A stretch of DNA of 64,000 nt from Takakia lepidozioides (Eukaryota; Plantae; Bryophyta). Below are positions 37,059-49,803 of the stretch, piece after piece. Made by a program: the position numbers and the translations under genes. The stretch spans positions 90,582,001 through 90,646,000 of the forward strand of contig CM060731.1 in assembly GCA_030704615.1 (NCBI GenBank), in the 5' to 3' direction. The notes beneath the pieces were generated by a model. The model did not search any database. It was not told where the DNA came from and worked only from the letters and a program-made list of their open reading frames with translations. Each line of letters opens with the position of its first letter. The first letter of the stretch is position 1.

Positions 37059-39389
37059 TCCACGATTCTTGAAGCAAATGTAATGATTAACACTAGGGCT
37101 TCGCGTTGCTCCGCACTACTAGCGACGAATTCTGAGAACTATGTTCAATTTTCACAAAAAAAGATGGATCATCCCAATGGTCACAATGATCCCAACGATG
37201 TTGATCCCGTATTTCATTGGCTTCTCAAGAAAAACATTTCACTACCATATGTATTTGAAGTTTTTTTTGGGAGCAAGTCTGCCACCTCATGGGCTATAAA
37301 TAATCTTGAAGCAAGAGTGAAAATTATTGTCATACGCAAAAGTTAGTGGGATCTATCTGAACCTGGTAAATAGTGAAGGGTTAACTGGATATGTACTTTT
37401 ATATTATACCAATATAATCCACTTATTTTATTTTACTCCACAAAATATTTTATGCTAAATACACTCAGAGTCATATTAAAAACTCTTAGCCGGTCCCACG
37501 CTAGTGAGGCCTTGTGATGGCATGGCACTGACTTCGTCATTCGCCTCCATGACTGGCCAACCACAATTCTTGTCTGTTTCTGTCCCAGAAGGAGTCCATC
37601 GCAGTGTTGGAGGGTGATCACCCACCTGACGGATTGTGTTCATCATTAACTATAGTATTGCAAGGGATGGCATCCCAGCCATTGTTGACATGAACAGAAT
37701 GAATGGGTGAGGAAGGGAAGGCATCCCATCCAGTTTTGGACTTCCCCTTCATTAATCCATGCACATTCGGGACTGTGAGCAGTAGAATCCCAGTGTTCAG
37801 CCACCCTCCGGTAATGATTTCTCTTGAGTCTATCAAACCCTCATATGATCCTCTAGCCCTCTCTGGCAATGGCATGCACTTGGTGCTTAGCTCTTTCAAT
37901 ATTGTGTGCACATCCGTTGGTGCTGTTAGCAGGCTACACACTGAATCCTGCATGAAATGGAGCAAGTCGAAGGATAAACACATCGAGATGTATCCACAGA
38001 TACAACACGGTTATTGGGTAATCAAAGGAGAATTTCTTGAAGGGCATGTTGTGTAGTGGAAGAAGAGGGTACATGAAAGGGTGCATGACTTTCCTGCGGA
38101 TGCTGCCAATGCAGATCAATCTTCATTCATGTTCCAAGAGGGACTTCTTTTTCCCCACACATATGCAGCCATCACAGCCTCCAAACTGTCGGTGGTACCC
38201 TTGCCTGCTGTATCCATGAACCTTCTGATTGGTTTCTGGACAAAATTACAAGAATGGAGGCTATAAATTCACTTTTGTAGCTGCCATTTCAAAGCAAATT
38301 CCCATGGGTGTATAAGACAATTAAGCGATTAAAAAATTAGGCGATTAGTATGATGCCTCTGTAAAGGGTGCTTCTTATCATGTCTTGGAAGCTAGCAACT
38401 CATGATTAAGTCAATCACACACAGTAGTGACTTTATCCAATCTCTCCTCTCCTCTCTTGCTTGGGTGATGCAACAAGCGAGGTTGAAAGAGATGTGGACT
38501 CTTGGGAGGTTTCGTCCTTCTGTGATTATAATGATTGTGAATACAATGATTATAAGATCATTGTAAGGAAACTAATTGTATGCGGAAGAGCAGTGAATTG
38601 GTGGACCAATGAGATTAAGCTTCAAAGACAGGCGCTTTACAGGGACTGCTGTAATCTGGCTATATGCTGAGATCTCCATTCCTTGGACAATCAGCAGGGA
38701 AGGCTGAAAGAAGCCGCTACATCGTAGTGGGAAAAAAACAAAGATGACAGAGACCAGTGGTCTAGATATTACCAGCTGCAATCTTTGAGATGAACTTGGT
38801 GGCAGTGTGACAGTCACCACACACTCGAAGGTTCTTGATGACGTGGATCAGTGTCCCAGGGGGCGTGCTGATAAGCCCAAAAGCAATGGCCAGCTTCTCA
38901 CTGTGGTGGTTGAGTTAGAGTTCATTTTGGTCCTCCTCCACATCATGCAATACAAAGCCTGTATCAGGCACATAGCCAGCCTCCCTCATCTATCCAGACA
39001 ATCTCTTGAGCTCAACATGGATTTCCTCGATTTTTGGATGCACTTTATATTCTGCATTAAATTCATGCACCCAGTTGTTCACCTCAATGCAGCTGCGCCC
39101 TGGCTCCTTTCTTAGAACTCTTTCCTGCATCATTTGTCTTACCTTTGCTTTATCATTCCACCTGCCAGCTGCAGCATAGATGTTTGAGAGCAGCACATAA
39201 GCTGCAGCATGCTGTGGATCCCACTTGAGAATCCAGTTTGTTGCACATTCTGCTAGCTCGACATCACCATGAACCCTGCAGGCACCTAGCAAGGCCCGCC
39301 ACACAGAAGCTCCTGCTTTGATTGGCCTGAAACCATGGCATTCCATGAGACTACATCTCTGCCGGTGATTGTGTCAAATACTTGACGTG

Positions 39390-40920
39390 CATTCGCCGGG
39401 GCGTTGCAAACAGACCCCGCGCGTCGCAACCTAGCGCCGGGGCTAGGCGGCGACGCCCGGCCGTCGCAAAGTTGCATAGAGGGCAGAAGGCAGCCCTTCC
39501 GTGCAACGCCGAAGCGTCGCCTCCTAGCGCCGGGGCCAGTCTTCGATGCAAGGTGGCATGAAGGGCAAAAAGACCTCTGCGATGGCAGGGCGTCGCAAGG
39601 GGGTATTGCGACGGGTTTTTCAAATCCAGAAAAACACAACGCATCCTGCGACGACGGGCCGTCGCGGCTTGCGACCCCCCGTCTCACAAATCCGAAAAAA
39701 CACGTCGCATTTCTGCGACACGTTGGTGTCACAGGCAGCGACGGCTGGACTTTTTAGGTTTAGGGTTTAGGGCCTTTTGGGGTTCCTAGTTTTTTTGTTT
39801 TTTTATTTTTTCATATGGTACTGGGGTAGGGTGTTTGTTTTTCTTTATGGTGTAGCTTATTGTTGTGGACCTTCTTGTAGATTGTGACATTCATTTTGAT
39901 AATTCTCTTGACACCACATCTATATGTGTTGCTCCAACATATTCATTGCCTCTGCCTTCTTTCTTGAAAGACTACCAGCCATAGCCATATTTGATCAATC
40001 ATAGGAATAAGCTACAATATGCATGTATATGTACAATCAATCGAAGGGATGGGTACAGTTCGATGCAAGAATTATTATGTAGTTTTGATTACGTGTCTAA
40101 TCAACTTGAACATCATCATCCGGAGCTTCTTCACCTCATCAAACTGCAAGTCTTCTTGGTCATCGGAGTTATCGTCATAAATGGCCTGGTCTTCAAAAAG
40201 CACCTCCGAATCATACTCCACCTCGTTGTCAATGGCCGTGTCTTCATCTCCTTGTCCAATATCCGTATCTTCTGGAGCTTCATCATATAGAGTCCGGGAT
40301 GCATTCTCCGGGGCGTCATCATCCCTACCCCCTCTACCCAACCTCCATCATCAGCATCATTATGACCAGTCTCTCCCTCCACCGCAATTGTTTCATCCCA
40401 CGGAGATCCGAGACCATGATAGATACGTCTTTCTCTTGACTGTGCATGCACAACCACCTTCCAATTTTCCCCTCTTGTTTTGTCATCGGAGAAGAAAACT
40501 TGTTCCATGTCTGAAGGCCATGAAAAAGGCTCATCGGAGGGACGATGAGTAGGGTTGAGCCTATCTGCATTGACGCGCATGAAACCACAATCATCTTGCA
40601 CTAGTCTTGCGGAGGGCCCCACAAGATGTGGTTGGAACCACCTTCCCTTGAAGAGAAGAGGCCGGTACCTTGTATACTGAAGTTGGAGTATGCTCTCAAG
40701 TTCTCCCATGTACTCAAGTTTTTTCATAGCAGGCCGTGTATCTCCCTTGCCCCACACGGAGTCTTGCCAATATGTGACACACAATCCAGAATCCAACGTT
40801 GTTTTGCGCTTCATGTCAAGAGCACGAATGCGGAAATGACGACCGTGAACCCAAACCCGATATGAGGTCGCGAATTAAGAGGGGCCCTTGCAATGTCTTG
40901 CACCATATCTGAAACCACCT
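39390..40920 (-). mobile_element. CACTA fragment: TNP2 C-terminal DUF4216-type region plus subterminal repeats and TTTAGGG-like motifs
   Basis: YMGELESILQLQY...LFKGRWF...DDCGF...DEPF...EQVFF...WKVV; CGTCGC-rich repeats 39400-39745; tttagggtttaggg ~39760. Confidence 0.82.
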
Positions 40921-42789
40921 TGTAGATACATAAATTGGTACAATTTTATTTTCGGATCGTTTTTTATCCTTAGCAAGGCAGTTTTGGGCATTGTACTGCC
41001 AAATTATCACAAATTGTTAGTTATTTGGGAACCGCTGGTGAAGCACTTAGGAATTAGATTAAGTCTGAGACGAGCATCGAGTGGCACTCTGGCGTCAAAA
41101 CGACAGTAGGAAAGCTGCAAAGACAGCATAGTAAGCTACCAACACGGTACAACTAGCAGCAACTTGGAATTGTTTGAACTGTATGAGGGCGATTGTAAGG
41201 ACGGGTTGCGATCTGTCTTTTCTCCCCCTTCACTTATCCAGTAGGTCCACACGGTGACAACACTTGGCAAATTAGAATTAGAAAATTGTATAGCGATGAA
41301 ATATCGCAACAACAGCATGACGTTGCATCGGAACAACGGCGGAACGGACAACTTCGGAGCGAAGCATGGCCAGCCAACAATGCGAAAATGTAGTTGGAGG
41401 TGACTTCCGAGTGTTCAAGATCAAGTGGCAAGATCCAAGATGTCAGGTGCATCACCATTAGGAGAATTTCCAGGGAAGTAGCAGACTTTCTACGCGACGA
41501 ATCCACGGAGAACGGCGTTTGGAATTGGTTTTTAACTCTGATTGACCTAAGGATTTACATGCAATTACGGAGCACCTAATTATAATTTATCACCAAATTT
41601 TGTGATTTATGGTTAAGGTTATCAATGGCACCGAATTACAAGGCTACGACACTTGCGGCGACTGATTTAAATGATTTTCTAGGATTTCATTGGAGGAAAA
41701 GGCTCAAATTCGCCTTAAGGGGTTGAGTGGATGATAACCGCCACCTAGCGGTCAAACAGGATGAGGAAAATCCCGTTGACCGGTTTCCCGGATGAGTTCC
41801 ATCCAAATATTTGTTTATTGAACTTTAGTAGTTTTTTATTATATCTCTATCTAGTTTATATTAGTTTAAGACTATCCTACAATATTTTAAGAGCCCCAAA
41901 AACAGTATAAAAGAATGGCAAGGCTTCCTTGTTTCTTCACCTAGTTCATTTATTTTGCTTTGCTCTTGCTTTGTTGAAGTTTAGTTTGCTAGAGGGAGCC
42001 TAGGTCCTAGGGAGTGGAGCTTGAAGCTCCCTGGTTAGGAAGGGGTGTCTTTTGAGAGCTTAGGCAAGGAAGCTAGCTCATTGTGGGCCTTGAGGCCATT
42101 TGCTTTGATAAAGGAGGAAGTTCGTGATCACTAGAGAGTAGATTGGAGAGACTTGGGACGAGTAGAGAGCTATGGGTGGACAAAGGTGGACGCGTTGCCG
42201 AAGCAAGCGTAACTTATGGTGTCACTTGACCTAGAAAGGCTACTGCCTTCCGGTAGGAAGGTGGACACTTTTGTAACAACCAATAGGGTGGTTTGAACCC
42301 ACAACCACTCGTAAGAGGGTATATGCCCTTACCGTTGGGCTACATGTTGGTTGTTTATGGGTGGACAATGTTGACATGCACCTAGAGAAAGGGCCTCACA
42401 AGTGCCACACCATCGAGCCATTAGCGCATCCCAAGCTCACATTGCTCCTAAGGTTGACAAACCATTTACTGCTTTGATGTTTATTTTGCTATACCATGTG
42501 AGTTTGCAAGACAATTCCATGAGAGGCTCTCTTATATGTGAAAAACTAACCCTCTAAGGAAAGAGGAGAGCTTAGTTGAGAGAGAAAGGTTCATTTGTTG
42601 AAGGAGCAAGGACTCCATTGTTGGTTGAAGTCATATGACGTGGTACATGTGTTAAGGAGAAGGAAACTTCTTTAAAGGCTAAGAGTGAGAAGGCCTCTTA
42701 GGCCATAGATCCATAGGATCATATATCTATTTCTTTATTGTTGTGGTTTTGAGTTTTAAAGTGAAAAACATTTGGCACACATGTCAACA
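40921..42789 (+). mobile_element. LTR-like segment (TGTAGATAC...GTCAACA), no matching TSD
   Basis: TG...CA ends coincide with breaks in the CACTA ORF and the PPR ORF; contains a tRNA-like stretch at 42286-42343 (-). Confidence 0.55.
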
Positions 42790-43307
42790 AGGGAGGTCTT
42801 CAAATTATACATGGGGCAATTCCTGCACTAAGGATGTCAGCATGGACACGTTTACCCTTTTCCAGAGTCCCTAGGCTTGCACACGCATTCAAAGCGCATA
42901 TGAATGTGACCCCATCAAGCATCACCCATTTGTGTTGCATTTGCTCATTCATCTGGAAAGCCTGTTCACCATGCCCTTGTTGGGCATAGCCTGCGATTAT
43001 AGCATTCCATGGCACCACATTAGCTTCAGCCATTTTATCAAAGACTTCAAGTGCCTCCATCACGCTCCCGCATTTGCTGTACATGTCTATCAGGGTATTC
43101 TCCAAACCAATTAGTGACCTAATTCCAGTTTTGATGATGTTACTATGGACCTGCTTGCCCGTTTCCGGTGCTCCTAGGCTGGCACACGCATTCAGAACAG
43201 CAATGAACATGATCACATTGGGCATAACCCCTTCCCGTTGCATGTGCTCATACATTTTCAAAGCCTCTTGCCCATGTCCATGCTCAGTATATCCTGCAAT
43301 CATGGCA

Positions 43308-43532
43308 GGTCATACAGGACTTTATATAAAGTCACCACTAAGTATACACCATTCCAATTAGTTTATGGTATGGAAGCTTTACTTCCAGTGGAATTCTTGT
43401 TACCTACCATGAGAACTGAATGGGGAAAGAGAATGGAATTGGAAGATTCAATTAAGGTCAGGAAACATGAATTATACCATGTGGAAGAAGTACGTGCTGA
43501 TGCAGCTGATAACATGACCAGAATTCAGATGA
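43308..43532 (+). mobile_element. 225-bp Gypsy integrase fragment inserted in the PPR gene
   Basis: Nearly identical to 12856-13080 (SYRT-YKVTTKYTPFQLVYG...NMTRIQM). Confidence 0.92.
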
Positions 43533-44499
43533 GGGACCACATTTCTTTCAGCCATGTGTTGAATACCATAAGTGCATCCTTCATGCTACCGCATTTGGCA
43601 TATCCGCAATCATTGCGGTCCATGAGACTACATTTTGTTTCACCATCTCATCAAACATCTGCCAAGCATCTATTATGCTTCCACATTCGGCATACATGTC
43701 AATAAGGGTTGTCTCCAAAGTAACGTCTGACAAAATTCCAGTTTTGATGATGTCAGCATGGACCCACTGCCCTCTTTCCAGGCTCTTGGCACATGCATTG
43801 AGAACACAAGTGAATGTGACCTTGTCGGGTGTTATCCCTTCCCCTTGCATTTTCTCATAGAGTTTGAAAGTCTTCTCAGCAAGCCCAAGCTTAGCAAATC
43901 CTGCAATCATCATACTCCACGTAAACATATTTCAATCAGGCATTTTGTCAAACACTTGGTGTGCCTCCACTGTGCTCCCGCACTTGGTGTACATGTTGAT
44001 AAGGGTGTTGTCTGGGGCGATGCATGGACTGAACCCACTTAGGACAATATGGGAGTGGACCTGCTTTCCCTCTGCTAGGGCTTTCCTCCTGATGCAACCC
44101 TGCATGAGACAGATGCTGAGAAAAGCTAGGCGAGAGGTCTTACTGTCAAGGGAATTTGAAGTCCACAAGAACTGAATCAAATGGAGATTTACCCGAAGAA
44201 AGATAGCTCAAGGGACATACTCTGTGGGGTGTATTGCACAACAAGGGGCATGGGAAGGACAGAGAAGTGTGTGGACCAAGTAGCCAGCTAAATGGTCTTT
44301 ATAAGGTCTGCAAGAGGCTCAAAGAACTTATGGGACAAGAGGAGGAAAGAGAGAGGCCCCCCCACAAGCAGCCCAAAAGCAACTATTGCTCTAGGGATTG
44401 TCTAAGAGTCAACGCCTCATGCAGGTGCTTGCCAAGCATTTCTGATCCAAAAGAAACTTATAACGTCCACCATGAGAAGGGAATGAGAACAGAACCTCC

Positions 44500-44734
44500 A
44501 ACAGTGTGAAAGGTAGACCGAAATCTTGGCGAAGAGGTACGATTGGGGACGGAAAAAGTGGGCACCATGCTGTTTACATGAGTAGATTGCACGTTCTTCC
44601 ATAAGAGCAGGCAGCTGCCCTAAGTTGAACAGCATGAGATTCATCAAAGAGATGAAGAAAACACTGCAGAGTAAATTGATATCCAGTTGGTTGGGATCAT
44701 TCTTGACTCTAAAAAACACCATGCTTGTCAACAA
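44500..44734 (-). pseudogene. ABCG/PDR-type transporter fragment
   Basis: FFISLMNLMLFN...EERAIY..KQ..AHFFRPQSY resembles the ABC2 membrane 'ERxVFYKQR..FF' region. Confidence 0.5.
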
Positions 44735-45779
44735 AGATATAATCAGAACCTGTCATAACAATTCCAAACAGGGGACGGTTCTTTAGGAACTGGAAACCGG
44801 ATCTCTTTCTTCTCCACCAATTCCAGAGCCCAGGAGAGGAACCCAAAACCGATATAAATCTCCAAGGGCCCATAGGACATAGAAAAACAATAACCACTTC
44901 AACCATCTAGAGAATGCACTCAATAAGAAGTTTTTTGCCATAGCCTTGGATCATAGTGACACCCTACCTGCACCATCCGGAGTGCAAGCCCAAGTTTGCT
45001 TCACCAGGTGACCTTCAGCTCCCGCTTTAGCAAAAGCAGAAATTCAGCTCTGAAATTTAGAACATATTCCCTGTCAAATTGTGGACCATGAGTTCCTGTC
45101 ACCTGTACAAGGCATTCATGTTACAGGTGTGGCACCTTACTTGGATGGTAAGTCCTTTTTTCCGACCCTACATGAAAGTGGATGGGGGATGCCGGTATTC
45201 TGTTGCATATAGTGCAAAGTTGGCTCCAATGGTGGATATGCTCCACAATTGCAAGGGACAATCACGGACAGTGGCCGTTGCATTTTTTCCAGAGCTTATC
45301 CGACTAAACAGGTGCGCTGCCATTAAAACTACCATAGATCCACCAACGAGCTAACTTGGAGAATTCAACATGAAAATTTAGGGACGACTCTGATAACAAG
45401 GGAAAACAGGCTGAAATGTGGGCATCTCAGGGCCGAGTCTGATGAGAGGGCGAAATAGGCTGAAATAAGTGGAACAAGAAGGTGGATCCTCACCACATTG
45501 TCCTTGACCTTGTGTCATGCCCATGGAGGATTTGACCGATCATCAACCCCGAAGGACCTCTTGTGTGTGCTGCTTGAGTCTGTAGTCAGGTAATGTCGGA
45601 TTGGTCTGTGAGAACCACCACGGTGCAGCTGAGCATGCATAGATTGAAACACGGCCTGCTAAGACCAAGCTGACTCTCCCAAGAACCTTGTAAACATCAG
45701 GAATTATACAAAATCATGGTACCAACAGGTAGAGCCAAGAGCCCACATCTGCACTATGGAAAAACTTCTTCACATGGTA

Positions 45780-46140
45780 CATTAAGAAAAAGTCACACCT
45801 TGCGATTGAGGTTGTCCCACCATCGTGAAAGCTCAAACAACTTATTGGACAAAATGGAAAAAAACAAGAGAGAAGACATTGTAACAGAAAATGGATATTG
45901 TCTTCAAGCCGTCTGCACACCGGACATTGACAATCTCTATTTCCTCTCTGCATCCATTTATTGTTCAAAAGTAGATTCCCCACCCTGAGTTAAAAGTACA
46001 GTACTGCCAAGGTTGCCCTTCACTCATCCATGCCACAAACTGGAAACGAGTTCACGGTTTTATTCCTAACTTTTGTTCGGATATTTTGCACGCTCCAACA
46101 TGGCCTTAGACACGTCAGCTTCCAAGTTAGCTTCATCTTA
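45780..46140 (-). mobile_element. Non-LTR retrotransposon 3' fragment, same family as the intronic copies at 51220-52380
   Basis: CQCPVCRRLEDNIHFLLQC CCHC motif. Confidence 0.6.
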
Positions 46141-46236
46141 GCAGGGTCAGTTCCTCCTACCTAATATTCAGGTACTTGAAAATCTCCTCTTCCCGTTCCA
46201 CCACGGCTTCACCTGTTTAACGGGGTTGGACTGGAC

Positions 46237-46672
46237 TCAAGTAAGAATATGCCACGATGCCTCCATGGAGCAACATCCACGAGTGACTTTACCACGGATG
46301 AGTGGTGAATAGAAGTCATATAAAACAACTCAATAGTTGTGTGGCGATCTAGTGCCGGAGTGGGCACGTGGTTGTTTAGAACGCCGTGGATGGATGCCAC
46401 GTGTGGTTCCACGGCTCCCCCACTCATGCGCGACAGCAGCATGTATGTGTCGGTCCTTGTAGTCAAAAGTCAATGATATGTCAAGTCAAAGTCAAAGTCA
46501 AAGTATTTGCCCCCTCCACAAAATTCCTAAACTAGTGACATGAGCAACTTGTCCGAACACTACTCCACTGCGTTGACAAAACCAACTAGTATCTTAGCAC
46601 TGGTGTCCCCCCTAATCACAATGTCCGTTATGACTAATTTTGCAGTCGTAAAAGACATGATTCTTACTAGTG
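46237..46672. mobile_element. Degenerate CACTA-type non-autonomous element
   Basis: Right end (reverse complement) CACTAGTAAGAATCATG versus left CAAGTAAGAATATG. Confidence 0.35.
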
Positions 46673-49600
46673 AACGAAGTCTTGGCTAGATAGAGAGAGA
46701 GATAGAAAGTTCATATTGAGTCTTGGCTGGCTGTAGTATAATGTAGAAGTCCTTGGACTGCTGTAATTGTTGACCTAATGTTGTTGTGATGCGGGTTGGT
46801 GGCGAAGGTAAAGTTGTGAGTGCTCAAGAATGACATGTTCTTAGTGCCATTGTGTAGATTTCAGTACGCGCTGGCATTTAGTGGTGGTTTGTGCAATTTT
46901 GCTGCACTTAGTGCCAATTCTGTAGAATCCTGCAATGCTGGTACATCTGACCAGTTTTGCATGTGGGACTTGTGTACATTAGGTGCATTGAGGGTATGGC
47001 ATATTAGCACATACGTTGGGAGTGTCTTTGTCGCGTTGTAGGAGTGGAGTGATGTAGTCTAGTCCCCTTGCCAAGCGGGGGTGTACACAAGGGGGGGGGG
47101 GGGGGGGAATGGTCCCCCCTTTTGTTCATGTATGAGTTGCCAGCTGGGGCAGGTTCAAATCCCACTCATGCACGATAGGTAGCTCTTCAATCTTGACCCT
47201 GTGTATGTGTGGTTTAACGTTTGCAAGTGATTGCTACCTGATTTTGGTACACTTGAGGTGCATGCCTTGTGAGGTTCATGTAAACTGCAAAACAGACCCC
47301 TCCTGATTTCCCATGACCTCCATACAGGGTCAAATCATGTGGTACTTAGCTCTTTGGATGGCAGATCCCATGGGGATGGAATGGTAGAAGGTTCATTGCA
47401 TTTAGAGTTCATCTGGTCATGCAAAAAGTGAAAAATCTGCACTGAAAAATACAATTTGCCCAAAATTCTCCAAATTTTGCCCCCAACATGCAACGGTGGC
47501 ATTTCATGGATTTTCACCTGATTGGCCTGAAATTCCACCTGTATGTGGAGCTGGTAGTTCAGCAACTAATATCCGGTCAGAATTTGCTCTCTCTTTTTTT
47601 CTTTATTTTTTTGATATGCCAGAATGTCGCCACCACCGGTGGGGTTTTTGGCACAACCCAAAAAAAAAGTCACTTGTCCTTGAAGGGTTAAGGGTTAAAC
47701 ACCTCAAGCCAGCCCCCTTTGCACCCTCTTATCTATAAAACTTAGCTGAAAATTGTCCATTGGCCCTAGCATGTTCAATCGCGCAGTAATGCTATGCAAT
47801 TGACCCACTAGAGCGTGCGACCTTTATTAATGATGACACCAATTCTAGCCCCTATTTTCGAATGCCAAAACCCATCCGCGCAGAACTCTGAAAATGGTCA
47901 TGTCAAAAGGCTGTCTAGCACATAGATTTCACGGCACACACGTTTGGGAAGGGACAATTTCTTCTAAGACCCGAAAGACCATGGATCCACCAAATCATCC
48001 ACGTCTTCTAGTCTAGGCGGACATTCAGGGCTCAGAGCATCTTGGAAAAACCAGATGTCTATGATGTAGGTGAGTTCCAGGGCCTTGAGCGATTTTGGTG
48101 AGACAACAACATGGGGGTTTGGATGGATGATGATGGATTCAAATAGTAAGGTGAAAATGATGTGTTGACATAGGCAATCTGGACACAATGGAAGTTATCT
48201 CATGATGAATGGTGTTGTTGAGTGAAAAGTTCATCATCCATCCACTTCTTTGACATTTGGTCTATGACATGTCTATCCACAGTTCCGGCCAATAAATGTT
48301 GCTCAAATAGCAGAGTCACGGCTTGGGTAACCAAACTGGGAAGATCTCAGATTGTCTCATCCTACCCTCTGGTTTCCTACCTCAGATTAGCTGTTGGTCG
48401 GAAGTCTTTCCAATATGCAGGCCAGTTGACTTGTCACTAGCACCCTTTACGTACTATGTAATGCCCCCCACATGCCCCTGTGGCCGGTAAGGTGGTGGCG
48501 AGATGGAGGGCGAGCTGCCGCCCCAACCGCCATAATGGCTTTTGGTGGGAAAATCGCGGAATGCCCGACACTAGGGGCCTTCCCCTGCATAAAGCACGTG
48601 AAAGATTTCTTTCCGCCTTCCGAATCTTTTCGACCAGGGCTTGGCGCTTCTTTTCATTCTGTTCAGTGCCCGCTTTTCTGTGTGTTCTTTTCGCTTTTGT
48701 TGCAAAGGAAAAGTTTGGTAGTGCATGAAACCGGCGTGGAATGCACTACCCTCGCCAAGCGCGCCAATATGCTCTGGGGGAGCAGATAATAACAAAGAGA
48801 AATATTTCAAAGTGCTTTATGTTCCGTAAAGAACTAGGGCTGATTTCCCTTCGTTAATATCATTTTGTTATAACTCATAATAGCCAGGCAATACAAAAAA
48901 CTATAATGCACAATGCTGATTACACTCTGTGTAATGCACACCTCCGACATTTCCTGATCTTTTACCTCCAAGATCTTTTCCTTCACTAGTCCCATTTCTT
49001 TTGAAAGAATAAAGAAACGATGAAAGGAAAAAAAAAATCATCCCATTTCTTTACGTAGAGGAAGGCCCTCTCGTTCCGCGCCCCTTGAATTTTATGCCCT
49101 AGGGCCTCGGGTGGTACTTCCTCTATAACATGGTATGCTAGTGCATGTGCTAGTGGGAATAGGCCTAGAATACTGATTTTTAATCCTCCTTGGAATTGCC
49201 ATACTAGGGCAGACAAAATCCTTAACCTTATTGCAAACTCGATTGAAAAACACACGTCCATATTTTTCAGTCCAACAGAAGATCTGAGTTCACCTTCATG
49301 TGATAAGAAATAGAACCCATCCACGCCACAACCCTACTTAGGGTAAGTTGCTCTTATGAACACTGGCTTCGGCCAAAGCCTTCTCTCTCTTTCATGTTAT
49401 CACAACACACTTTACCGCATTAGATAGTCTGGCATACCATGTTCAGTGCAGTAGTGATCAACTGTAAACTTGGGACATTTATCTACAGGTGAACAACCTT
49501 TGTATATCATGGGCTAAATGTCCATGCACACATATCACATAATAAAGATTTCCAAATCGGGTGTTTCTTGAATACTGCTGGTTGAAAGAATGCACTCCAG

Positions 49601-49803
49601 GTGTCCTGCATGGGGTCCACAGGGCCTGTTGAGGTGGTCTTCACAGCTGAGGGAAGCCAGTTCTGTGGATGTGGAAGGATAGCAAGCTGATAGACTAATG
49701 AGGAATGGAGGAAGATAGCCAGTGCCAAAGCAAAAGGCACCTACACCCAGCCCTACCCACACAACTGTTCAGAGTCAAGGAACTAGACCTATATTACACA
49801 GAC

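Larger units (their letters stand above)
38760..44180 (-). pseudogene. PLS-class PPR-E-DYW RNA-editing-factor pseudogene, split by a CACTA/LTR block (~39390-42800) and a Gypsy filler (43308-43532)
   Basis: PPR motifs NTLIDMYSKCGS, VFDKM, NVVSWTAMIA; E domain WRALLGACRVHG, YVLLSNIYA; PG box KEPGRSCIEV; deaminase HSEKLA...LRVCGDCH; internal deletion, frameshifts, DYW tail lost. Confidence 0.88.

Noticed and set aside
37090-37122. Possible Helitron 3' end (hairpin plus CTAG on the minus strand)
   Set aside because: Weak hairpin, and no matching 5' end or Rep/helicase
39752-39772. Telomere repeat TTTAGGG
   Set aside because: Only 2-3 units, within CACTA subterminal sequence
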